Positions 43,041 through 50,128 of a stretch of 64,000 bases of DNA are shown here, piece by piece; the stretch's first letter is position 1; every line of letters begins with the position of its first letter. Position numbers and translations under genes: made by a program. Below the pieces are notes generated by a model that saw nothing but the letters and a program-made list of their open reading frames with translations, ran no database searches and was not told the origin of the DNA. Origin of the DNA: an uncultured Kiritimatiellota bacterium (GTDB taxonomy: Bacteria > Verrucomicrobiota > Kiritimatiellia > RFP12 > UBA1067); the NCBI GenBank assembly GCA_934643865.1, contig CAKUCX010000014.1, positions 2,538 to 66,537 on the forward strand, read 5' to 3'.

Positions 43041-43212
43041 ACGCCTTGCACGCAGCCGCATGCAGGCCCCTTGCGCAAACGCCTTGCACGCAGCCGCATG
43101 CAGGCCCCTTGTACAAACGCCTTGCACGCAGCCACATGCAGGCCCCTTGCACAAACGCCTTGCACGCAGCCACATGCAGGCCCCTTGCACAAACGCCTTG
43201 CACGCAGCCACG
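43041..43212. repeat. 38-bp tandem repeat, about 4.5 copies
   Basis: The unit is ACGCCTTGCACGCAGCC(G/A)CATGCAGGCCCCTTG(C/T)(G/A)CAA, starting at 43041, 43079, 43117, 43155 and 43193. Each unit contains GCATGC and an 8-mer TTGCGCAA / TTGTACAA (palindromic) or TTGCACAA. Confidence 0.9.
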
Positions 43213-43263
43213 CCCGGACACTTTGTGCAGAAACCCTCACGCACCGAAGGCTCAACGCGTCCA

Positions 43264-43335
43264 AGATTCTACCATGTCTCCACCTGCGCGGACAACGTGA
43301 AAGAATTATAAAAATCCACCTAGACTTTCAAAATC
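43264..43335 (-). promoter_or_regulatory. Promoter plus conserved upstream block for the HzsA-like operon: TTGTCC-N18-(TGG)TAGAAT, with upstream TTGAAAGT-N11-TTTATAA
   Basis: The minus strand reads TTGAAAGTctaggtggattTTTATAAttctttcacgTTGTCCgcgcaggtggagacaTGGTAGAATCT. Hand alignment gives 51/72 ungapped identities to 47883..47954. Confidence 0.5.
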
Positions 43336-43500
43336 CCCTCACCACCCCACACACCCTCACACACACCCTCGCCCCACACACCCTCCCCCCCCCCCTCGCA
43401 CACCCTTGCCCCACACACCCTCGCACACACCCTCGAACAACATACGCGCTTACATACAGCACACTTATACACGCGCACATTTACACACACCGTCGCACGC
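43336..43500. repeat. CA/C-rich low-complexity tract (CCCCACACACCCTC-type imperfect repeats, C11 run at 43385..43395)
   Basis: CCCCACACACCCTC occurs at 43345, 43372 and 43409. The complement is a dense series of GGG/GGGG runs, i.e. G-quadruplex-prone on the minus strand. Confidence 0.85.
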
Positions 43501-43540
43501 GCACGATTACGCCCATTTGATTTTCCGCACCATAATCTCA

Positions 43541-43569
43541 TTGCCTCCAAGCCCGCCTTCTGCTATGCT
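43541..43569 (+). promoter_or_regulatory. Sigma70-type promoter TTGCCT-N17-(TGC)TATGCT, 6 nt from the ATG at 43576 (leaderless-type)
   Basis: -35 lies at 43541..43546 and extended -10 TGCTATGCT at 43561..43569, followed by gtcacc and the ATG. Confidence 0.55.
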
Positions 43570-43575
43570 GTCACC

Positions 43576-44832
43576 ATGTCCAAGAACAACCATTCCGCCT
43601 CTCTTCCCGCCGCGCGTTCCCCCGTCGTGTACGCACCCGCCGACAAGCTGTGCGCACCCGCCGACGAGCTGGCGGCGTGGCTTGCGAAGTACGCGCCCGT
43701 CGAGCGCGTAATCATTGAGGCGCGCGAAAGGCGGCTTCGCAGCCGCGCCAGGCTCCGCGCGGAGAAGGCGCGACGCTTCGGCGACCTCTGCGAGGCGTCG
43801 GAGGGCCTCGCCACGGTCTGGCGGCGGCGGGGCTTCCCCGCCGACGAGATGCTGAACTGGACGGGCGGCGACCGCTTCACGCTCTGGGCGATGGCGCCAT
43901 TCCTCCGTCGCCGCGCGACAGAGGAGGTGAACGCCCTCCGGCGACGCCTCGTGCGCCCGCTCTACTACGAGCAGGAGAACGCACGCCGCCGGGCACTCGC
44001 CGCAGAGCGGCGGCGCGTCCGAAAGCGGAAGACCGAGAACCCTTGCCCCACGCGGGAGGCGATCCTCGACGCCTGGACGCACGCGCGCGAGGGGCGCGAG
44101 GCGATGCTCCGATTCGGGAGCCTCCTGGAAGACTTGGCGTGCTACGTGGACCACGAGCTGCGCCTCGCGGGCGGGCGGATCGTCGGGCGCGCGCCGGGGA
44201 TCAAGGGGTGGCTGAGGGAGAACATCCCCGCGCTCGCGCTCCGCTACACGACCGTGATGCGCTACAAGGCCGCCGCGAAGAAGCTGCGGCAGGTCGTGGA
44301 GTTGCCCGACCCCATCCCCGTCGCGGCCGTCCTCGACGGCGCGGGGGCGCCGGAGGGCGCAGGCGCGGGGGACGGAACGGGGGCGAGGGAGGGGACGGAA
44401 CCGAAAGAGGGAATGCGAGATTACAGTGCGGAAAAATCGCAGGACAATGTGCGGGGAAGGTCCAAGACACAGGAAGGATTGGAGGCAAGGGTTGCTGTGA
44501 ATGGGGTGGAGAGGCAGAAACGAGATTATGATGCGGAAAAACTTCAGTGTGGTGCGAGTGTGGATGAGGCACGGGAGGCGGAGGATGCACGGGGAAGGCG
44601 GGACGTGGAGCGGGAAACGGCGATCTTAAGGGCGCGGGGCGTCTACCTGGAGGCGATGGCGGGCGTACCGGACGTCGTGACGCGCGTCGTGGGGAGAATT
44701 GACGCGCTCTTGGACCCGCAGCGCGTGGAGGAGGCGACGATGCTCGCCTCCTGGCGCGCGCGCTACGCCCGCGACGTCACGCCCGGCACGGCGGGAACGT
44801 GGCGCGCCCGGCTCTTCCGGCGCATCGGGTAG
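43576..44832 (+). CDS. Hypothetical Arg-rich protein, no recognisable domain (orphan)
   Basis: The 418-aa ORF has mostly G/C-ending codons, consistent with coding, and a well-formed promoter directly upstream. I recognise no motif. An internal purine-rich segment (about 44395..44630) has atypical A/T-ending codons. Confidence 0.6.
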   Translation: MSKNNHSASLPAARSPVVYAPADKLCAPADELAAWLAKYAPVERVIIEARERRLRSRARLRAEKARRFGDLCEASEGLATVWRRRGFPADEMLNWTGGDRFTLWAMAPFLRRRATEEVNALRRRLVRPLYYEQENARRRALAAERRRVRKRKTENPCPTREAILDAWTHAREGREAMLRFGSLLEDLACYVDHELRLAGGRIVGRAPGIKGWLRENIPALALRYTTVMRYKAAAKKLRQVVELPDPIPVAAVLDGAGAPEGAGAGDGTGAREGTEPKEGMRDYSAEKSQDNVRGRSKTQEGLEARVAVNGVERQKRDYDAEKLQCGASVDEAREAEDARGRRDVERETAILRARGVYLEAMAGVPDVVTRVVGRIDALLDPQRVEEATMLASWRARYARDVTPGTAGTWRARLFRRIG

Positions 44833-44957
44833 CGGACGCCACGGCCTATGCGGACGCCACGACCCATGCGGACGCCACGGCCCATGCGGACGCCACGGCC
44901 CATGCGGACGCCACGACCCATGCGGACGCCACGGCCCATGCGGACGCCACGGCCCAA
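44832..44957. repeat. 18-bp tandem repeat x7 (GCGGACGCCACG(G/A)CC(C/T)AT)
   Basis: Units start at 44832, 44850, 44868, 44886, 44904, 44922 and 44940. The first base of the array is the last base of the TAG stop of 43576..44832. Confidence 0.9.
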
Positions 44958-45033
44958 GGCGGCGCGGGCACGTTGTACGCCGGGACACCGGGTGGCTCCA
45001 ATATGCTGGGAGCCATGATAAGGCAGACGGGCC

Positions 45034-47817
45034 TCAGCGGATGACAAGGAGCGTGCCCTTGGCCTGCCAGGCGAAAAGGCGGCCGTTTTCGTAGACGACC
45101 CTCACCGTGCGCGAAAGCACGGGCGACGGAACGAACCGCAGCGCGCCCCCCGACACCGAAACCCCGGAAAGGTCTGCCAGCAGGGTCTTGCGCACGGGGA
45201 CGGTTCCCGTCAGCGAGACCTCCACCGTCCCCGCCGCCATCGTGCCGACGCCGCCCGCCCCCAGAAGCGGATCGTCCAGGTCGAACGTCCAGCCCTCGGC
45301 AAGCAGCTTCGCCCCGTCCCGCACGCGCCACGGGCATGGGACGGCGCCCGCGCGATGAAGCACGAGGTGGGCGTCCGGCACATAGGCGGACGGATCGACG
45401 ACCCACCGTCCGCCGCGAATTTCAAGACGCCCCGTCTCGGGAATCGCCGCGCCCGGGAAGAGGATGCCTTTGCATGTGTTCGTGCCGTCGCCCGTGACCA
45501 CAAGCGACGCCCCCGTCCCCCCTGCTTCCCAGTTCACCAGATAGGCCGTCGAAACGGAAGCCCCGTCAAGCAAGCACGCCGCGTTCGCCCCTGCAAGGCG
45601 GAGGCCGCACGCGCCGACGGCCCCCGCGCGCCCGACGATCCGGTGTCCGTCAAAGTCGAGCGTGACCTCCCCACCCGCGATGTCCACCTCGCGGGCGATG
45701 TCCGACAGCAGCTTCACCGTGCCGCCGGAAGCACCCGCGACGCGGAGCGCCGCATTGACGTTCGTATGGACGAGGCCCGCGTAGGCGGCCTCGCGCGTCC
45801 ACGTCGCCGTCTCGGCATCGGGATGCACCGCATAGGGCATGGCAAGGCCGCGAAAGGCATGCCCCTCTTCGTAGAATGCCGTCGTACCCTCGGCAAGGGC
45901 CGGCGGATGGACCAGCGCCGTCTCCAGCGGGTTCTTCTCAAAGTGTCCGCTGAAGAGGTGGATGCGCGTTCCCTGGTTCGGGTCCGTTTGGTTCTGGTCT
46001 CGCCAGGAGGTGGTGAACGCATGGTGGCCGCCCCGCACATTCAGCGTGGCGGAACCGTTCCCGCTCGCAAAGAGGGCCGTCTGGACGGACGTTTCCGCCT
46101 GGAGATTGACGACCGCCGACGCGCTGCCGTACAGCGTGCAGTGCCCCTTCAGCGTGCAGTTCGTCACGTTCACGACCTTCGATGCGTTGCCGCTCATGTG
46201 GAAGACCGAACCCGATCCCTGGAGGAGCCCGCCTCCGCCGTCCACCTCCAGCGTCACGCCCGCGGGAATCATGAGGAAGTCCCCCTTCGTATTGACGAGC
46301 GTGAGGCCGTTCAGGTCAAGCGTCATGCTGCGCGGTATCTCCAGCCGGGCGGCGTCCACGGTGCTGGACTTCAGCATCTTCACGCGCCCGCCGTCCGGAC
46401 AGGCGGCGATGGCCGCGGCAACCGTATCGAAACTGTTCGTCGTGGAGCCGTCGGCGGAGAGGACGAGGGCCGCATGCGGTTGCCGGACGTTCGCCTCCTC
46501 TTCAGGGTAGACCGCGTAGCGGCAGGCAAGGCCCTCGACCACGGCGCCTTCGCAGATCTGCGCATAGCCGTCCGGCAGACCGTCCGACACGTCGAAGTTG
46601 AACCGTCCGCCCGTCGCGGCAATCCGCGCAGCGACCGCACGCCCGGCATACCGCGCCTCCTCCACCACATAGGCGCCATCCGAGACCGCAACCGTCCCCT
46701 CACTTCCCGCCGCGAAGAAAAAGGAGGTCTCCGCACGGCTGTCCACCAGCGCGACATCGAGGTATCGTCCCCGGAACAGGGCCGGTGCCTTCAACGTGCA
46801 GTCCGCGAACGTCGTCGTGCCGGCAACCGTTCCGGCTTCCGCCGCAAGCAGCACGTCGGCGGCTTCGCACCGCCCATTCCTCACCGTCATCCCCACCGCG
46901 CCCGTTGGCGGCGCAAAGAGAGCCCCGCCCTGCGAACGGGAGAGGGCGTGGCCGTTCAGATCTAGGGTCATCGCCTTGTCCAGGGCAATCGGGAACGCCG
47001 CCGTGCAGTCCTCCAGCAAGGTGACGGTGCCGCCCGGCACGCACGACGCCAACGCCATGTCCAGCGCCGCGCAGCCACGCACGACGCCGTCCACACACGT
47101 CACGGTCGCGACGCCCCGCTCGTCGTCGTTCGCCGCACGGACACGATAGGAACAGGTCACGCCCTGAACCTCATGTGTCCCCTCCTCCACCACATACCCT
47201 GGTGCCAACACGGCGGTGGGATCCTGGTCAAAACTTCCGCCGTAGACAGTGAGCAGATTGCCCAGGGACATCTGATCGTCATAGATCTTGCCGACGACCA
47301 CGCCCCCACGAAAGATGCAGCGGCTCCTGACACGGCTCGACGCAAACGTCACAAAACGAATCCGCATCTGCGCACGGCAATCGTCCTGAAATTCCAACGT
47401 ACTACCGTCCCGGTATGCATAGAGAACGGTGTTCCCGTTAAAGACGACATTTGAGACGCTGACCGTGTAGGCCCCGTCCCCGAACGCAAAGCAGCAGTCC
47501 CCCGACGTAATCGTGCCGTTGCGGAAGGACAACGTGCCGGCCTCCTTCGTCGGACAAATGAACCATCCCTTGTTGTTCTTCAGCACATGGCCCGCGAGAT
47601 CGACGGCAACGGATTTCGAGATCTCCAGCTTTCCCGGGACCGTGACATCGTCGAGCAGCGTCAGCGTCTCGCCGCCCGAACAGGCGCCGAGCGCGGCCTC
47701 AATCGTCGCGTACCGCGCCGCCTCCGCCCCGGGCACCGTCACCTCCACCACGTCCGCCGCGCGCAGAGCCGGCGAACACGCCAAGATGAGACAGGCCAAA
47801 GAAAGCATCTTCCTCAT
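45034..47817 (-). CDS. Secreted surface protein built from four ~210-230-aa internal repeats (beta-helix-like), with the GTLLVIR C-terminus
   Basis: The signal peptide is MRKMLSLACLILACSPALRA (ATG at 47817, GGGGG-rich SD-like stretch upstream). The four module starts are YATIEAALGACSGGETLTLLDD...VAVDLAGHVL, ALDMALASCVPGGTVTLLED...MTLDLNGHAL, FDTVAAAIAACPDGGRVKML...MTLDLNGLTL and NVNAALRVAGASGGTVKLLSD...VTLDFDGHRI. Confidence 0.8.
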   Translation of the reverse strand: MRKMLSLACLILACSPALRAADVVEVTVPGAEAARYATIEAALGACSGGETLTLLDDVTVPGKLEISKSVAVDLAGHVLKNNKGWFICPTKEAGTLSFRNGTITSGDCCFAFGDGAYTVSVSNVVFNGNTVLYAYRDGSTLEFQDDCRAQMRIRFVTFASSRVRSRCIFRGGVVVGKIYDDQMSLGNLLTVYGGSFDQDPTAVLAPGYVVEEGTHEVQGVTCSYRVRAANDDERGVATVTCVDGVVRGCAALDMALASCVPGGTVTLLEDCTAAFPIALDKAMTLDLNGHALSRSQGGALFAPPTGAVGMTVRNGRCEAADVLLAAEAGTVAGTTTFADCTLKAPALFRGRYLDVALVDSRAETSFFFAAGSEGTVAVSDGAYVVEEARYAGRAVAARIAATGGRFNFDVSDGLPDGYAQICEGAVVEGLACRYAVYPEEEANVRQPHAALVLSADGSTTNSFDTVAAAIAACPDGGRVKMLKSSTVDAARLEIPRSMTLDLNGLTLVNTKGDFLMIPAGVTLEVDGGGGLLQGSGSVFHMSGNASKVVNVTNCTLKGHCTLYGSASAVVNLQAETSVQTALFASGNGSATLNVRGGHHAFTTSWRDQNQTDPNQGTRIHLFSGHFEKNPLETALVHPPALAEGTTAFYEEGHAFRGLAMPYAVHPDAETATWTREAAYAGLVHTNVNAALRVAGASGGTVKLLSDIAREVDIAGGEVTLDFDGHRIVGRAGAVGACGLRLAGANAACLLDGASVSTAYLVNWEAGGTGASLVVTGDGTNTCKGILFPGAAIPETGRLEIRGGRWVVDPSAYVPDAHLVLHRAGAVPCPWRVRDGAKLLAEGWTFDLDDPLLGAGGVGTMAAGTVEVSLTGTVPVRKTLLADLSGVSVSGGALRFVPSPVLSRTVRVVYENGRLFAWQAKGTLLVIR

Positions 47818-47882
47818 GACAACCCCCATTCCGATAGTGAATGCTACTCGCGGACGTCACGGCGACGTTCCCCGCAGCACGC

Positions 47883-47954
47883 AGATTCTAGCACGCGCCC
47901 ATCCGCGCAGACAACAGCGAAAAGTTATAAATATTCAAATGAACTTTCAAGATC
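47883..47954 (-). promoter_or_regulatory. Promoter plus conserved upstream block for 45034..47817: TTGTCT-N18-(TGC)TAGAAT, with upstream TTGAAAGT-N11-TTTATAA
   Basis: The minus strand reads TTGAAAGTtcatttgaataTTTATAActtttcgctgTTGTCTgcgcggatgggcgcgTGCTAGAATCT. The leader is 67 nt. This is a paralogous copy of 43264..43335. Confidence 0.5.
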
Positions 47955-47973
47955 GCGTCATCCGTGGTAAACT
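47945..47973 (+). promoter_or_regulatory. Promoter TTTCAA-N17-(TGG)TAAACT, 7 nt from the ATG at 47981 (leaderless-type)
   Basis: Extended -10 TGGTAAACT lies at 47965..47973, followed by cccctgc and the ATG. Confidence 0.45.
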
Positions 47974-47980
47974 CCCCTGC

Positions 47981-49141
47981 ATGAACGCACGAACTGTCCT
48001 CGTCCTTGTCCGCCCCGCCTCGCATGTCCGCATGTCGGCCATCGCCCGCTTCGCCCGAAGGCAGGGCTGGCACTTGACGTTCGCAGACCGGCTCTCCCGC
48101 CTCCCGGTCGGCTGGACCGGCGACGGCGCGCTCGTGACCGTGCGCGGCGAAGGCATGGCCTCCTTCGTGGCGGGCCTGCGCCGACGACACGTCCCCGTGG
48201 TGGACCTCACCATCGACCATCCCGAGGTGAAGGTGCCGCGCGTCTGCGCGGACCACCGTGCGTGCGGACGCCTCGCCGCCGAGCATCTGCTCGCCCGCCA
48301 TTTCACGCACGCCGCCTGGGTCTCCACCACCTGGAGCCATTCGCACGCGCTCCGCGCCGAGGGGTTCGCGGTCGCCTGGCGCGCGGCGACCGGCAACATG
48401 CCGCCCTGCTGGATCCTGTCCGAATCGATGGGCGCGCGCGAATTCGATGACTGGCGCCTCTTCACACGCCATCTCGGCGGGCTGCTCGCGCGCGCCCCCA
48501 GACCGCTCGCCGTCCTCGCCTACGACGACGCGGACGCGCAGCGTGTACTCGCCGCAGCGGAATCCGTCCGCCTCAAGGTCCCCGAGGAGGTGGCCATCGT
48601 CGGCATCGGCAACGACGAACTGGTCTGCGAGAACCAGACCGTCCCCCTCACCTCCGTCGACCACGACATCGGGCGAACCGGGGCCGTCGGCGCCGCGCTC
48701 CTGGCGCGCATCATGTCGGCGTCCGACCGACCGTCAAAGGCAATCCCCGACCTTGTCCTCATCCGCCCGCGCGGCGTCGTTTCGCGCGCCTCGACGGACA
48801 TGGTGGCCGCGCGCGATCCGCTTGTGCGCCAGGCCCTCGCCTACATGCGCGCCCACCTCGCGGCGTCCTTCGGCTCCAACGAGATCGCCCGCGCGCTCGC
48901 CGTCTCCCGCACGCGCCTCGACCGCGCCTTCGCGGCCGACCTCCGCTCCTCCGTCCAGAAGGAGCTGGCGCGCATGCGCCTCGACGAGGCCCGCCGCCTT
49001 CTCGAAAGCCCGGACGGCCCCATCGCCGAAATCGCCCGCCGCGCGGGCTTCTCGTCCCCCGCCTACCTCTCGTCCGTCTTCCGCGCGGCGACCGGCCTCT
49101 CCCCGCGCGACTACCGGAAGAGCCGGACAGCGGGAAGATGA
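47981..49141 (+). CDS. XylR-type transcriptional regulator (PBP-like sensor domain + AraC-family HTH), second copy
   Basis: The start is MNARTVLVLVRPASHV. The PBP-like core has LAVLAYDDADAQRVL...VAIVGIGNDELVCE. The C-terminal HTH includes NEIARALAVSRTRLDRAF...IARRAGFSSPAYLSSVFRAATGLSPRDYR. The track ORF start at 47513 is an antisense extension. Confidence 0.85.
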   Translation: MNARTVLVLVRPASHVRMSAIARFARRQGWHLTFADRLSRLPVGWTGDGALVTVRGEGMASFVAGLRRRHVPVVDLTIDHPEVKVPRVCADHRACGRLAAEHLLARHFTHAAWVSTTWSHSHALRAEGFAVAWRAATGNMPPCWILSESMGAREFDDWRLFTRHLGGLLARAPRPLAVLAYDDADAQRVLAAAESVRLKVPEEVAIVGIGNDELVCENQTVPLTSVDHDIGRTGAVGAALLARIMSASDRPSKAIPDLVLIRPRGVVSRASTDMVAARDPLVRQALAYMRAHLAASFGSNEIARALAVSRTRLDRAFAADLRSSVQKELARMRLDEARRLLESPDGPIAEIARRAGFSSPAYLSSVFRAATGLSPRDYRKSRTAGR

Positions 49142-49157
49142 GGCGGCGGCCCGGGGC

Positions 49158-50123
49158 TCAATCGGCCAGGCCCAGCAGGGCCTTGGCGGCGGCAACGGGC
49201 GCGGAGAGGTCGATCTTCTTCGCACCGAAGGCCGCGCAGGATTCGGCGAAGCGGCGAAACTTGTGCGGCCCGGGCTTGAGGTTGTCGAGCACACGCACCT
49301 CGGCCGAGCCGAACGTGCAGGCCTCCGAGAGCATCCCCGTCGACTCGGCCGTCACGTAGAGCGTCCGCGCGAGCGAGACGAACGCGGGGATCGGGTTGAA
49401 GTGGTCTTCCGAGTAGAGGAGGCGGTAGTCGAAGGGGAACTCCTTCACGACGGCCTCGACCTCCGGCGGCGTGCGGCGCGACGTCGTGACCCAGAACTCG
49501 GGGACGGGTGCGTCGAGGGCGGCGGGGCGGAAGGCGGGATGGCCCTGCTCGGCGAAGACGCGCGCGAGTTCCCGGCGCATCCAGCCGGCCGTCATCGTGG
49601 AGCAGGCGTTCGGCCCGCCGACGATGACGGCGACGGCGGGGCGCGCGCCTACGGCCGGTCGGGGGTGGCGCGCGCGGAACGCCGCCGTCCCCGCCGCGTA
49701 GAAGGCCGCGTCGTTCGCGACGAGGTTGGCGGGGACGACGACGACGTTCGGCGCGGCGGGCGGGCGGTCGAAGGCGGGCGCGAGCACGCAGTCGAACGTC
49801 GCGATGCGGTAGCCGCGCGGATAGAGGACGACGCCGCATTTCGCCCCGAGGCGGCGTGCGAGCGTCTTCGCGGCGTAGAACGTGCCCGAGCCCGTGCCGA
49901 GGACGGCCGCATAGGGGCCCGCCACGGGCGTCCCCGTCGTGAAGAGGCGCGCCGTGAGGAGGCCGAGGCGGTCGAAGAGGTACGAGAGCGCCTTGCACCC
50001 CGCGCTTCTGAAGCGGACGTCGACGAGGTCGAACGCGCACCCCAGCGCGCGCGCAAACGCCTTCGACTGGTTTTCGTGCCCGGCCTTTCCGTCGGTGAGG
50101 ATGAGGACCTTGCGGGACGCCAT
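49158..50123 (-). CDS. ELM1/DUF1022-family putative glycosyltransferase
   Basis: KVLILTDGKAGHENQSKAFARALG matches the family N-terminal signature as I recall it. The ATG at 50123 is taken as the start. A GTG at 50132 would overlap the upstream stop. Confidence 0.65.
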   Translation of the reverse strand: MASRKVLILTDGKAGHENQSKAFARALGCAFDLVDVRFRSAGCKALSYLFDRLGLLTARLFTTGTPVAGPYAAVLGTGSGTFYAAKTLARRLGAKCGVVLYPRGYRIATFDCVLAPAFDRPPAAPNVVVVPANLVANDAAFYAAGTAAFRARHPRPAVGARPAVAVIVGGPNACSTMTAGWMRRELARVFAEQGHPAFRPAALDAPVPEFWVTTSRRTPPEVEAVVKEFPFDYRLLYSEDHFNPIPAFVSLARTLYVTAESTGMLSEACTFGSAEVRVLDNLKPGPHKFRRFAESCAAFGAKKIDLSAPVAAAKALLGLAD

Positions 50124-50128
50124 GCGGG

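Noticed and set aside
39590-43264. Track version of the HzsA-like gene extended across the 38-bp repeats
   Set aside because: The extension translates the tandem repeat (CKAFVQGACM... repeated). The ATG at 42961 gives a normal signal peptide.
44993-45015. Hairpin TGGCTCC-aatatgctg-GGAGCCA between the convergent genes 43576..44832 and 45034..47817 as an intrinsic terminator
   Set aside because: The stem is only 7 bp with a 9-nt loop, and there is no U/T run on either side. This is not convincing without transcript data.
44799-45044. 81-aa ORF encoding an ADATAH hexapeptide repeat, and the minus-strand ORFs 44626..44988 and 44763..45047
   Set aside because: They exist only because the 18-bp tandem repeat is a multiple of 3 and is stop-free in several frames. 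None has a start context or promoter.
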